Of a stretch of 64,000 nt of DNA, positions 50,085-63,202 are shown piece by piece. The first letter of the stretch is position 1, and every line of letters begins with the position of its first letter. The stretch lies in assembly GCA_964106915.2 (NCBI GenBank), contig OZ066914.1; one strand, given 5' to 3'. The translations under genes and the position numbers were made by a program. This DNA comes from Podarcis gaigeae (lineage: Eukaryota). Below the pieces are notes generated by a model. That model had not been told where the DNA came from. It worked only from the letters and a program-made list of their open reading frames with translations, and did not search any database.

Positions 50085-52196
50085 CTTGAAAGGGGAGGGG
50101 GAGAAAGACACAGTGTTATGCATTCTTTAGTTAATATTTCCATTCATAAGCAATTTTTTTTAACGTTTAAACAATTTATAATAGACAAACAGAATTTAAA
50201 AAAGAGCCACTGATGCAGATATAAACGGTCAGAGTAATATTCAAGACCATGAGAAATTTGTTGTCATCCATAGATTTCAGAGGTATCAATGTTTTAATCA
50301 ATGTTATTCAGATATGTATAAATAAATTTCAAGTTCCCTGATCAAAGTTTCTTCACATTTGTGGATTAAAGCTGAAGACAGGTAGAGGCACTCAGTCTAA
50401 TTATTCATGGTTCATTCTGTTAGCAGTTAACAGGTTTGTACTTTGTTGCATTATTTTCATTTGAAAAGGTCTATGTTGCCTTGGTGGTTTCATTTACAGA
50501 GGGGAGACTGAGCAGGCTTCTCCAACTGCCAGAGCATGTACACATTTTAGAGTTTCTGCATGCTACGTTACTTTCCTGAAAAGTTAGTGCCCTCTATTTC
50601 CACTCAGTTGGTGTCATGCACTCCTTTTTCAGAATCAGTTATATAATGCATATAGCGATGGCAGAACTAATAAGTCATCAACAGTAGGAAACTAGAGACA
50701 ATAATACCACAGGATATGAAAAAGGGAGATACAATACAGTACATGTGGGATTTCTACACTCAGAACTGTGTCTACCGTGAACAAGCCTTACTGTTTAATT
50801 CATTGTACTAACACTAGCCAACAACTAAAGGGAGAAAATGAGCCGATGTGTAGAAATAAAGCAGTCCTCAGTCCTCTTCTGTCTCCATACATTAAAAGAA
50901 CATGTGCAAAAGGTAGCAGTGTATTATATCAAGGTTGGTGTTAGACTTTAGTAGACTCTCAGACTGGGCCTCTCTCAGTTCCCCTGCCCAACAATGTGTC
51001 TTCCCTTGGGCACTCTGCCCACCAATTCTGCTGCCACCAGTCATTTCTCACTCCCTCCGGTTGTGCTTATCCAGCAGATGGCAGCGGTGTTTTTGATGGA
51101 AAACAGGCTACTACTCAGCTCCGATCTTCAGCAGCAGATGGCTGCCATCTCAGAGACCCCAAATGAAATGCCCATTTGTGAGCACTGCATTTTGGGAGTC
51201 CTGAGATGGTGGCCACCCACCACGGACTGGAGTTTGAGTGGTAGTTTGGCTCCCATATGAAAATGGCACCTGCTGATGGAGGGTAGTGATTGGTGCATTG
51301 GACAGAGATCCCAACGGTGGTGGAAATGCCAGGCAGGGTGTCAATGGGGGTGATAGCAAGACTGGCATCAGCTCCAATGGGGCGCTGCCAGAACACATGG
51401 GCTGCAGCAGTTGCTCCAGTACGTTGGGTTCTAATCCTGGGTCTGTTTTGGAGTTGCTCCACCACCACCCCCCCACACTGTCTATTGCTGGCTCCACCCT
51501 CAGACTTATACGTATTGGGCAGAAAGTCTGAAGGGGAAACTTACACACGTTCAGCAGAAGGTACACAGGCTCCTCCATGTAACTAGGAGTCCTGTGGATG
51601 TGTGGATGCAAATTTTGTGGAGGAGCCTGTGTGCATGAAGCTGAACTTACATACATTCTCCCAACAGATCTTCTGCCCAGTGCACAAAGGTCTGGGGTAT
51701 GAGCTGGAGGGAACAGAGACATCAGAGACAGAAAAAAAACATGAATAGCTGTGCACCCCCCTGCATGTGTTCTTTTAACATGGGATGCCTAGGTTTTTTA
51801 TATATAAAAGTCCTCTCATAAGGAGAGGATGCAGCCAAATAATGTTAAGAATGCAGGAAGCAAGCTGAAAAGTTTTATAAAAAGGCAAGAACGTAAGTCA
51901 TTTTAGAAGTATAGGTTTACAATGACACCAATTTTGCTCATTATACACTTAATCATTTCTTTACTCAAATGAAGGGGCCTTAAATGCAACCAGGGTTTTT
52001 GAGGACTGTATTTAAATAACAACATATAAAAGACCCTGACAACACCTAGACAAAACTGAACTCAAGATGAATGGAATACAAATCTAATGCTTTTAAAGTC
52101 CATCACTCTCAACTTCAGAAATGGGCACAACATCACATTGTTCAATACTGCCAGTGTAGTCTATTGGATCAGCAGATTCAGCAAACTATAGCTTAC

Positions 52197-52263
52197 CTTG
52201 GGTTAGGTGGTGGTCCAGGAGGGAAATGAGGCATTCCACTTGGCATTCCTGGCATATAGGAAG
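52197..52263 (-). CDS. TSG101: TSG101 exon 6
   Basis: SYMPGMPSGMPHFPPGPPPNP; 67 nt, AG/GT bounded. Confidence 0.92.
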
Positions 52264-54692
52264 CTGTGCACAACAACAATGTCAAACATTTTAACAATAT
52301 AGGATAGTGTTGTTCAATTATATAAAATTATCTTTACAAATAAGTAGTTAAAAATTAATTGGGTTGCCTCTACTCAAGGTAGATCCACCAAATGAATGGA
52401 AATAATGAACTTAGGTCTATTTCTTTCAATGGGTTGAGTAGAACTTAGTTGAATATATCGCACTAGGTTAGATCCAGACTTCCTGTGAGCAGAAACCTTC
52501 TGGGGGGAAAGGAAGATGCAATGTTTCCCTATTCCTTCCTGATATTTCTAACCCCTGAAAGTTGTTCTGGAGGACAAGGGGAGAGGGGCATTCTATGGAA
52601 GACCATGGAAGTTGGTGCTGAGACAAGAGGCAACAATCACTTCCCCAAGTCTCCACTGAACCTCAGTCCACTTTTGGAACAGAAGCAACTGTTTTATTAA
52701 TAGAATGACAACTATTGATGCAGCCCATTTGTAATTTCTACAGTTGTAAAAGTTATTTTTTAATAGCCCAATTGAAGAAAATGCAGAAGGAAAGAAAAGA
52801 AAAAAGAAGTCTTCTTGACCCCTGCCCCACCTTCAGAATAAGCAAACAGCAGCCCAGGAAACCATTCCTGTTCCTAGTCTTCCCTGTTGTGCTTGCACTT
52901 ATTATGCATTTCAGTTACTTTACTCTTGCTGCATAAGCCAATTCAGGGTGTTCAATTATCCCAATTTTTCCTTACACATATTCAAATCCATAGGTGGAAT
53001 TCAACATCACATTATTTCAATTGTTCCCTTGGTGCAAGTGTTTTTGCTTGCTTGGCAGAAGAATCTCCCCTCTTCTCCTCCTGCAGTCTGGGGATTTTTC
53101 CTCCCAAAGTGGATAGTGTGGGGAGACCCCGCCGTGCTACTGGGAGTCCTTCCACTGGCTCCTGCTAGTACAATTGTTTAGTACTTTAATTGAATCCAAT
53201 CCTATATAACCAGGGAGTCCTTACAAACAAGTCATTATTAAAATGAAGCAATTAATCTAATAATAAAGATTACAATGTTCATACTAAGAGCTGGATCTAT
53301 AGAGTTGGTTCCAAAATTGTGAGGGGAAAGGTCCACTTGCCCCTTCCTCCCCGCTGCAGCTCACTACACCCCTTCCAAAAAATCACTTGAAATTTGGGGA
53401 GTTTCTGCAGTGGTCCAAGATGGGACATGAGGAAGAAATCAATTAGATGTGATGTGTGCTTTGCATTCATTAAGTATAAGTAACACACCCCACACTCCAA
53501 TTTAAGACAACTGAGACTGCACTTTGGGGCTTTCTCCATTATGTTATATCTCTCACTGCACCAACTCTACATGCAGTGCAATGAAGAGTTCTGGAGAATC
53601 TGAAAACTTGCTCACTATTAATATTACATTTCCAAGGGTCCTAATGAAGCTATTTCCCAACTGTGGTTTTGCACACCTCCACCCCCACTGAAGACCAGGA
53701 CAGCTACCTATGATTTTTAAAGTGATGGTGTCAAAGCATTAGTGTTACTTTCAAGCTGGCAATATATAGCTTTACTAGTTCTGAAGTCGAACTCCTGGCT
53801 ATTCTATATTTGGCTGACACCTACTGGCAGAGATGATATTCTCTGGTGGTAAAAAGTACTGTACAATGAGAAGGCTTTTTGCAATGCTAAAATGGCAGAA
53901 AAGAAAGTAAATTTAACTTTCCTCGAGTGTTCAGCATTGGTACGTCTAACAATGACAGGTTTTTGTTCTATAAAACGAATTTCCCTACAATAATACCTGT
54001 TTTCAAACTGGTAAAAGTATACATTTCAAATAAATGCCCTACACATCTTGTAAAATAGCACAGTAAATTCTTGCAAAATAATTAACAGTTGTAGGAACAT
54101 GTTTTTCTCAGAAGTTGAGAGCAATGGAACATAAAAGATACCAAAGTGAGTTTTTAATTTGATTTGCAATTAAAAGAAAAATAGTATAAAGGATGCCAAT
54201 ATAACTCTGCCAGCATTATAAAATAAATAAGTTTCAAAAACAATGTCATAAGAAGATAAAGGTACTGATAATGGCAAAATATTAGCATGAATAATGTTTG
54301 AAAATAGATCAAGGATCAAATGAATTGTAGCAATGTTGTTGAGTTTGTAGTGTGGGTGCTAAAAAACAACATCTTTCATGGAAATTTATTTATAATCAAA
54401 ACAGTTATTAGGCAGCATGTTCAAAATATCTAGCCTAATTCTCTACATTTAAATAAACCAAACTCTGAGCTGCTGGTAGCTGAAAAAGATTACACAGAAT
54501 GAATACTGGCTATACAACTTGTGCTCTGGAGTGGGCAATTGGCAGCAGGGATACTTTATGTTTAAACCAACAACATAACTACATATTTAGAAACCAATAC
54601 TACGATAACTAGATCCTTTCAACAATACACCATGCCATTATTCTACTTGTTTTCATTGCAATTTGCAAGTATATGGGGTACAAGGTACTTAC

Positions 54693-54819
54693 AGTTTGGT
54701 GGTCCTGTTGCCTGGTAAGGTGGGTAGGCTGCTGAAATGGTAGGCCGAGAGAAGACTGGAGGTTCTTCTCCAAACACCACAATCATCACTTGAATCAAGC
54801 CAATCAAATCTGATTGTGG
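54693..54819 (-). CDS. TSG101: TSG101 exon 5
   Basis: PQSDLIGLIQVMIVVFGEEPPVFSRPTISAAYPPYQATGPPN; 127 nt. Confidence 0.95.
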
Positions 54820-55315
54820 CTAAGGGGAAAGCATATAAAAATCTCTTTGCTTTTTTAATCCCACAAAGATTAACAATGACAATGCATCCATCAACTTGTC
54901 AGTTATAGGCGGTCATTTGGTTACTCTCTCTGGTGCTTTTGGTCAAGTATATTCCAATTCAGGTGCAATCACTAACTGATAAAAATTAAAAGTGTAGCAT
55001 ATCACTAAGAAAGTACTAATGAGAATATCAACCCTAACCCCATATTAATTATCAGCAGCAATCAGACATTTTATGGCAGGCCACATTTCAATTGCAGATC
55101 TCATGAATGAAGATCAAATATGACAAAAGCAGTAACACAATTAGTACTATGTAAGAGTGCTAAGATTTTACTCAATAGAGACCCCAGTTTCCCAGTGTCA
55201 CATCTTTCTGCTATAACAAATGACCAAAGGAGAAAGAAGAATATTAAACAAAACTGCTACTTAAATGGCGAAATAATTTAGGGCTAATAGTTAAGAATTT
55301 TATAATTGTACTTAC

Positions 55316-55479
55316 ATGTTTCCATTCATGTAGATATGGAAGGTATATCTTGCCATTTGCATCCACGTGCTTCCCAGTTTTAATTGTCATTGAACTAGTT
55401 GGCTTAACAAAACAGATTGGTGGATTGTATGGATATGTATCCAACAGCCACAGACATATTGGGATATTGTATGTGTTAC
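55316..55479 (-). CDS. TSG101: TSG101 exon 4
   Basis: [54 protein letters not shown]; 164 nt. Confidence 0.96.
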
Positions 55480-55904
55480 CTGAAGAAGTTATTTTAAAAA
55501 AAAGATGAATGCATTATTTTCTCCTTCTGACAATATATTTTAATGCTGTGAAATAGGAATGATTACAAATGCTGTCCTTGTAGTGATGGAAGGCCTTCTA
55601 ACCTCCACTAACAGAAGCAGGCTGCCCTCCAGTCCACTGTTCTGGAAGTCTCCTTGAGCCCCTCTCCCAGGGTACATGCAGGGAAGGGGAAATTCCATTG
55701 CACACATTGTGCTAATGAAAAAACTTTGTTGGACACTGCACAAAGAATAGGAAAATCTCCTGTATGTGGCAACACAAGACAGTTGTACAAAGGTCCAAAA
55801 CTAAGAACAAAGCATTCAGAACAAGTTAGTGACCAAGCTGATCAAAGTAAATGATGTAAGCTTTCAAGTAATGTACTGGCAATCTACCCAAGACAAATAC
55901 ATAC

Positions 55905-55970
55905 CTTTGTAATTTACAGGAATGGTTCCTGTGAGGCTCATCAGTTCTCTTGATGAACCATCATTAAAAA
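55905..55970 (-). CDS. TSG101: TSG101 exon 3
   Basis: FNDGSSRELMSLTGTIPVNYK; 66 nt. Confidence 0.94.
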
Positions 55971-56708
55971 CTGAAAAGCAAAAAAAAAGTGTTATGCAAC
56001 CTGCTCATTTTATAGTCAGATAACAAAAGCTGCGTGCATGCTTGACAAAATAGATATATAATCTCAGAGACTACTTTTCTTCAAACACTTCTCTATATAC
56101 AAACAAGCATCTTCTAGGAAAATGAACTAATAACACCACACAATAAGAAATGGTGAGCAAATTATTGTGTGACACAGGCACACCTGCTCCATACAATCCT
56201 CCGTACATTTCTAGCATCTATGAAAAATAAAGCTATTATCTATGAAAAATTGCTATTGTAGTTGTCAGCTTTCAAAGCAAAGCCTAAAAATGAGCAATAC
56301 TATTTCCAAGTCAAGTAGGGGATGGCTGTGGTACTCCAGACGTTGCTGGACTACAATCCCATCACCCCTGATCATTGGCTTTGGAAGAAAAGGTTCCCCT
56401 ATTACCATTTTGCCAAAAATCATGTCTCAAATAATTAGCACAGTACAGGGGTGACTAACCTTTGGTCCTCCATATCTTGCTTAACTCAAATATTCTCTGA
56501 CTATTGGGTTTGCTAGCAAAGGCTGACTGCAGTCTAACAAGATCTGGAGAATACCAGGTTAGCTACCCTGGTCTAATAAGTTATCTTATTTCTTCTTTGT
56601 CATAAAATTTCTTACACAAAATACAGTATGATATACTGAAAGGAAACTGACATAGGCTAGCTAACAAAAATACTGCACAAAAAAGAAAAACATAACATAA
56701 AAACTCAC

Positions 56709-56793
56709 CATATCCATCCATTACAGGCTTGAGGTCTTTGTACTGGGTAATAACACTGACAGTTTCCTGAACAGTCAAGTCTCTGTACTTGTA
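56709..56793 (-). CDS. TSG101: TSG101 exon 2
   Basis: YKYRDLTVQETVSVITQYKDLKPVMDGY; 85 nt. Confidence 0.95.
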
Positions 56794-57624
56794 CTAGGGG
56801 GAAATAGATTTTTGAAAATCTTAAAGATCCATGAAAGACAACTTCCACTGAAAACATTTAGACTTCCTTCAACACAACTATAGTGACTAGAGAACAAGAT
56901 CTGCACAGTCTTCCACAGCAGGTAAGATACTATAACTACTTTTTTATATAGAACCACTTTGCTGAATTACTGCCAGATATTATAGAGTAAACTTGACCTG
57001 CCAGAATCAATTAAAAGTGGTATGTCATGATGCAAAGTGAATCAAACTCAATTCTACAATTAGGATGCTGAAGTGAAATGAGACTGTCCACAATCCAACA
57101 TGTTCTTTGTCTTGTGGTAAGCTGACGCAGTTCTACAAACAAAATGAATACACTTATGAATTAATGTAGACCACTGAACAGATTTTTAAAATTGTTGATG
57201 GCAATGAAATAAGTAGAGGATTGTGTCTCTATGACAAAGGCACATATTTAGTCCAACATCTCTGCAAAAACCATCTTTCTCTACCTCAGACATCCACACA
57301 CAGCGCCAACTGATCCAGAGCACTCTCATGCCCCACTCTTATCTCTGTAACCTCCCACTCTCCACTGGACAGCAAGAAAACTGATTCCTTCAAGCTCCTC
57401 TTTCAAGTCCACTATCAACTCTGCTCACCTACTTGAGCAATCCCAGTTCACAACTCCCTGTTCTTAAGGTCTCCTTGTATGGGAAATGCATCCAGAAGAC
57501 AAAAATGTGTCAATGAGTTAGTGATCTGTTCCTTCCCCCTCCCTTGCTCTTGTTAAGTTTTTTGATGGTGTGAGACCAGTCTTTAATGGCCTGAGAAAGT
57601 TGGGAGGAGGTGAAGCCCCACATA

Positions 57625-57862
57625 AAGGTAAAGGGACCCCTGCCCATTACGTCCAGTTGTGACTGACTCTGGGGTTGTGGCACTCATCTCGCTTTATTTG
57701 ACCGAGGGAGCCGGCGTACAGCTTCTGGGTCATGTGGCCAGCATGACTAAGCCACTTCTGGCGAACCAGAGCAGCGCACAGAAATGCCATTTACCTTCCC
57801 GTCGGAGCGGTGCTTTTTATCTACTTGAACTTTGACATGCTTTCGAACTGCTAGGTTGGCAA
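57625..57862 (-). mobile_element. 5'-truncated Sauria SINE
   Basis: Homologous to the 20705 copy; TSD ccccacata at 57616-57624 and 57863-57871. Confidence 0.87.
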
Positions 57863-59311
57863 CCCCACATACAGCTGCCTTAATCAGTTAGAAGGACAGT
57901 GCTGGGAACCTTCTTTGACATTGGACATTGTTTTGAGAAGGTGAAGCACTGGGAGGGGGTGGCTAATGGATGATCTGCACATAGCCAGTCTGGCAAACCA
58001 CACCTGCTACCTATGGTTTGGGCAGAATTTCTTTGAAGCTCCTGCACAGACTGATTGGCTGCAGGGCTGTACAAAGTGAGGCTATCTGGGGGAGTTGCTT
58101 TGCCACTTCTTGAGGGCTTCCAAGTGGCAGATTGAAGTGCTTGTTTGGTATGTATACATTGCTTGCTGTTTGAGAATAAAATCTGTAATCTTCTCATTCA
58201 CTTGTGTTTTTTGTATTGCTTCTGAATCTCATTTTAAAAGAACCACCTTGCCTTTGGTTTTAAGACCAACAGCAGTCAACTTCTGTGGCCTCACTGCTCA
58301 GAAAGCAGTACAAGAGTTTGCACTGCTGCCGCCACCTGCCTTTATGCATTGTAATACAGATTTACTCTGATCTGCTAACATGGCCAAGTAAAATCAGCTG
58401 TGCAGAGCCAGCTAGCAATGTACTAGTGACTTTGTACCTTTAAGGCAGTCACCAACATTCACGTCCAATTAATTACCAATATATTTGTTTATCTGAAGAC
58501 AATGAGAGTTATGCAGCCACGAAAAAAGGGAATAATGCAAGAATTAATATTTTAAGAATTATGAATAGTATCCATGTTCTACACCACACTAGCTCAACAT
58601 TTAGAATGCACTTGAACAAGTTCAAATATTCAATCCTATGGTTTACCACTAATTTGATAAAACCAGTCTTAAAAAGGGAGGAATTCAGTGTCACACTAGC
58701 ACAAACATTCCATCAGTGCAAGCATTTCTACAGAACAATCTCCCCTCCCCCCCAGTTCTGGGGGTTCTCCTGATCCCCCAGCAAGATAGGAGAGAAAATC
58801 CCATTGCACTAGTGGAAGCCCTTGTGGTAGCACCCACTTAGTTGAATCTGGCCCAAAATAGCATAGTGCTAGCTAAGAAGCAAAGATGATATGCAAATTT
58901 CTACTCATAATCTTTAACAACAAAAAGCTGACAAAATACTGCCCCCACCCTGTTAGAAATGTATGTTAAAGGTTAAAATCACAGGTGTCTAATCAGGCAA
59001 TGATGCATTCTTACATTCTACTTCCTCCTCTTCATTCAACTTGTTACAAAGTAATAAGGTGGTTTTGCAACTTACTTGCCAATTAAGTATAGAATGGATC
59101 AGAAAATGACTCAGGGGAGAATATGCACATTAAACCTGCTGACTACTTAAATTAGCTTCATCCAACTAAAGGATCAGCTGGATGAGTAAGACTGCTGTCC
59201 TACACACATTTACTTGGGAGTAAGTCCCACTGAACTCAACTGAACATGAGATGTAAGGCTGCAAATTTAAGCACGCTTACAGCTCAATTCCTATATGTTT
59301 ACTCAGAATCA

Positions 59312-59545
59312 AAACCAGGCAGATAGCCTTCTAAGTGGTGGTGCCCGCCCTGTGGAACGCCCTCCCATCAGATGTCAAGGAAATAAACAACTATCTGATT
59401 GTTAGAAGACATCTGAAGACAGCCCTGTGTAGGGAAGCTTTTAATGTCTGATGTTTTACTCTGTTTAATATTCTGTTGGGAGCCGCCCAGAGCGCCCAGT
59501 CAGATGGGCGGGGTATAAATAGCAAATAATAATAATAATAATAAT
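59312..59545 (+). mobile_element. L2-type LINE 3' end
   Basis: Encodes an ORF2 C-terminal-like PALWNALPSDVKEINNYLIVRRHLKTAL, then a 3' UTR and (AAT)n tail. Confidence 0.7.
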
Positions 59546-60266
59546 TACTACTACTGAATTCAATGAAGCTTACTCACATATAAGAATCAAGATTAAATTA
59601 AAATTAAATGGCACTCACTATTTAGGTTATTCTTTAAGTACTATGCATTAATAATTATTAAAGAAGGAATAAGAGTTTGTGTTTTCAATAAACTTAATTC
59701 CACTGTAGCACAGCAAATAAAAATACAGTAGAAACAGCTTCATTTATTAACAATTTAACAACAAACCTACACTGAACTTTGCAATTCAACTGAACTTTGG
59801 TTTGATACTGATACCAGTTTGGCATTCTCATCCAGGTTTTATCATGAATCTAGTCACCTTTCATCAATGTTCAGAGCCTTTATGTTCTACTGATTTCAGC
59901 AGAAGAATAAAGAACATTAAAAACCTTCTCCAAATGAAATTCCCAGCACAAAAATGTTGCTTATACAAGGAATTAGTGAAATAAGCTGCTGGGTGGCATC
60001 CTTTTCTTTGTAATTGACAGACCAGTATTCCTATAACCTGGTAAATTTAACCCTATAGTAAATTTCTTACTTTTTAGTGTTTTAAAATTAAATGTTTTAA
60101 CACTAAGTACCTTACAGTAATTAAAGCTCCCAAGTAAACTGTACCCAGCTGCTGTTAACAGATGCCACACTAGGTCAACTTGTGTTAATTCATAATTTGG
60201 GCCCAAAGTACCTTTATACTCAACCTTGATCACTGAGATTCTTTGATGGTAACTAACCAACTCCTT

Positions 60267-60630
60267 GGGGACGCAGGTGGCGCTGTGGGTTAAAGCCTCT
60301 GCGCCTAGGACTTGCCGATCGAAAGGTCGGCGGTTCGAATCCCTGCGGCGGGGTGCGCTCCCGCTGCTCGGTCCCAGCGCCTGCCAACCTAGCAGTTCAA
60401 AAGCACCTCCGGGTGCAAGTAGATAAATAGGGACCGCTTACCAGCGGGAAGGTAAACGGCGTTTCCGTGTGCGGCTTTGGCTCGCCAGAGCAGCGATGTC
60501 ACGCTGGCCACGTGACCCGGAAGTGTCTCCGGACAGCACTGGCCCCCGGCCTCTTAAGTGAGATGGGCGCACAACCCCAGAGTCTGTCAAGACTGGCCCG
60601 TACGGGCAGGGGTACCTTTACCTTTACCTT
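60267..60630 (+). mobile_element. full-length CpG-rich Sauria SINE in TSG101 intron 1
   Basis: Head, B-box and (ACCTTT)3 tail; TSD taaccaactcctt at 60254-60266 and 60631-60643. Confidence 0.93.
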
Positions 60631-60989
60631 TAACCAACTCCTTAACCAACCTGAATGATCTCTGCTCACTTGCTGAGTTACATACATATTTTTAAAATGT
60701 AGTAGTAGTAGTAATAATAACAACACCACAATCAAACTTGTGTTTATTTAGACTTTAAAAACTCCTAAAGAACTTGCTTACTAGTTTCCATGATTCCTTT
60801 AGCGACTAAAAGCTTAGTCGTACCCATGTTCCTCATTTCAGAACGGAATTTAGCTTTAAATAGGCCACAAAGGGCAGCAAATGACTCCGGAAACCCACAA
60901 AAACAAAGCACCCAATTGAAAACTTGGGAGAGATCGCAACACGCCCATTATTTTCCTGTAATAACTAGGGAGGCCTCAAAGAGTTAGCA

Positions 60990-61680
60990 AAAGGCGTTGG
61001 GCGCTAAGGGTGATCCCTTTTTGGACTGGACAGACCAGGGACTATTTCGGCTCGCTCTTTCCCTTTGCGGACTCCCAGGAGGATCATTCTCGCGACCCAC
61101 GAAATTAGAGACCCTTCCCATTCCTGCTGCCAGAAAGCCGGCCTCGTTTATTCGTGTCTGGCTAGGATATTTTTGTGGGGTTTTTTCCCCCCTCTGGCAG
61201 CAGGAAGAAGAGAAAGATAATGACTCAGGAGGAAGTTTCGCTCGGGAAGCGGCGTGAGGTGAGGGGAGAGGGGCGGCCTGGAGGCCCCGCCGGGTGGGCG
61301 AGCGCGGAGGAATCCCCGAGGCTGTTCCCCCGGCAGAAGCCCGCTGGGAGGGGCTCCCCGGCCGGCCTCGCCGTTACCTTGCCAAGCATCTTCTTCAGCT
61401 GGCTCTCCGACACGGCCATGGCGGCAGCGGCGGCGGCAGCGGGCCCTGCCGGCCGCCGGTGGTCGTCGTTCCGCGCCCCTCCTGCCGCTCCTCCGACTCC
61501 CCGCGCGAACGAGGAAACCTGCCCCGGCCTCCCTTCCGGTGCTTCCTTTCCACCCGTTTCCGTTCGGCGGCGCGGCGTGACCTCACTTCCGGCGACCAGG
61601 TGCCGCATGCGCGCGAGCGTAGACTGCGGTCACTGACGGGCCCATAGAGATAGCAACGTGGAGAGGCGCCGCCTGGTTTT
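60990..61680 (-). promoter_or_regulatory. TSG101 CpG-island promoter
   Basis: GC/CpG-rich around exon 1; ETS/GABP CCGGAAG motifs (~61532-61540, 61584-61592); NRF1-like GCATGCGC 61605-61612; no TATA evident. Confidence 0.8.
61378..61419 (-). CDS. TSG101: TSG101 exon 1 CDS
   Basis: GCCGCCATGG Kozak; MAVSESQLKKMLGK|gtaac. Confidence 0.95.
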
Positions 61681-61904
61681 TCTTTATTCCCATATGGAAT
61701 CTCAGTTCTATAAAAGCACTGAAAGTGAATGTAACATAAAATGTAACTATTCGGTTGAGCGCTGGGTTGGGATGGCGTGGGGGGGGGAAAAATTTAATTA
61801 GACTTCCACCTTTTTCTTGTTTTTCTACACAACTGGGAGCGTTTTGTCTATATAGTTTGTTTTGTGCAGAGAGAAAAGGAAGTACTGAATTTTTCTGTGT
61901 ATAA

Positions 61905-62260
61905 AAGGTAAAGGTAAAGGTACCCCTGCCCGTACGGGCCAGTCTTGACAGACTCTGGGGTTGTGCGCCAATCTCACTCAAGAGGCCAGGGGCCAGCGCT
62001 GTCCGGAGACACTTCCGGGTTTCTCGTGGCCAGCGTGACATCGCTGCTCTGGCGAGCCAGAGCCGCACACGGAAACGCCGTTTACCTTCCCGCCAGTAAG
62101 CGGTCCCTATTTATCTACTTGCACCCGGAGGTGCTTTCGAACTGCTAGGTTGGCAGGCGCTGGGACCGAGCAGCGGGAGCGCACCCCGCCGCAGGGATTC
62201 GAACCGCCGACCTTTCGATCGGCAAGTCCTAGGCGCTGAGGCTTTAACCCACAGCGCCAC
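61905..62260 (-). mobile_element. CpG-rich Sauria SINE upstream of TSG101
   Basis: Near-identical inverted partner of 60267-60630; TSD ctgtgtataa at 61895-61904 and 62261-62270. Confidence 0.93.
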
Positions 62261-62738
62261 CTGTGTATAACACGCCCTCTATTTTGGGGGCTCAAAATTA
62301 AGAAAATACCCGTTTATAAGACGATCACAATTTTAAAACATTAATTTCAAGTAAAAAATCCTCGTCTTATGCACGGAAAAGTATGGTAAGTCCTCTGTAC
62401 CGGAAATGATAGTGGCTGATTGTAACATCTGCTCCATTCAATAAAACATTGGGACCACTGACTGCTATATGGAAAGGAGGGTAGTTCATTGGGAGAGCAA
62501 ATGTTTTGCATGCAAAAGGTCCCAAGCCAATCCCCAGCACCTCTATGTAAGGCTGGGAAAGACCTCTGCAGGGTTGCTGCCAGTCACCATAGACCAGGGG
62601 TCAGGATCGCTTGCCCCTCCAGATGTTGCTGAACACGAGACCAATGGTGGGTCTGATAGTCAATGTGTTTTTTACACATGCTGTACACGGAAGTGAGGGG
62701 CAGATGGGGCTTGTCGACTTGGGAAGGTAGCCCGTCTA

Positions 62739-63202
62739 CCAATTTCTTCCAAGAAATTTAAGGACTATTTTAATAAATATTACAAGATTAAAGAATCTTC
62801 TTCTTCTGAAGAAGTGTGCATGCACACGAAAGCTCATACCAAGAACTGACTTAGTTGGTCTTTAAGGTGCTACTGGAAGGAATTTTTTTTGTTAAGATTA
62901 AAGAATGTTAGATTGACATGGACTTAAAAATATTGGTTTTCAGAGACATTAGAGTAAGAAAAGGAATGGAATTAGTAAAAAAACTTTTGGGAAATAAGGG
63001 AATGGAGTTGCTGATGGGATAATGAAACTAGAATACAAAACGGTGAGGTATGAGGAAGTCGGGGAAATAAGGCTGAGAAAATAAGTTTTGAAATTATACT
63101 TGTTGTTTTTTGTTTGTGTTTGTTTTTATTGTAGTTGTTTTGTACTTGTATGTTCTTATTGGAAAATTTAATAAATATAATATTTATTTATTTTTTAAAA
63201 AA
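62739..63202 (+). mobile_element. L1-like LINE 3' fragment carrying a nested short insertion
   Basis: Ends in AATAAA and an A-rich tail; 18 bp TSD gggaaggtagcccgtcta at 62721-62738 and 63203-63220; family assignment tentative. Confidence 0.65.
62797..62893. mobile_element. short retroposed fragment (Penelope-like end)
   Basis: ctgaagaagtgtgcatgcacacgaaagctcatacc...aaggtgctactgg, flanked by 13 bp TSD aagattaaagaat at 62784-62796 and 62894-62906. Confidence 0.6.

Larger units (their letters stand above)
37353..61419 (-). other. TSG101: TSG101 (ESCRT-I subunit) gene, complete CDS, 393 aa
   Basis: 10 exons of 42+85+66+164+127+67+98+203+240+90 = 1182 nt, all GT-AG. Encodes UEV domain, proline-rich region, coiled coil and steadiness box ending RKTAGLSDLY*. 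Confidence 0.97.

Noticed and set aside
52940-53170. Possible extra exon in TSG101 intron 5 (TAG/CAG acceptor near 53162)
   Set aside because: Weak pyrimidine tract; in-phase reading stops at once or after ~50 codons with no recognisable motif.
61420-61608. In-frame upstream ATG giving an N-terminally extended TSG101 (ORF 61225-61608)
   Set aside because: The ATG sits within the NRF1-like promoter motif, probably upstream of the TSS. The ATG at 61419 has a perfect Kozak context and matches the known N-terminus; GC-rich islands give long ORFs by chance.
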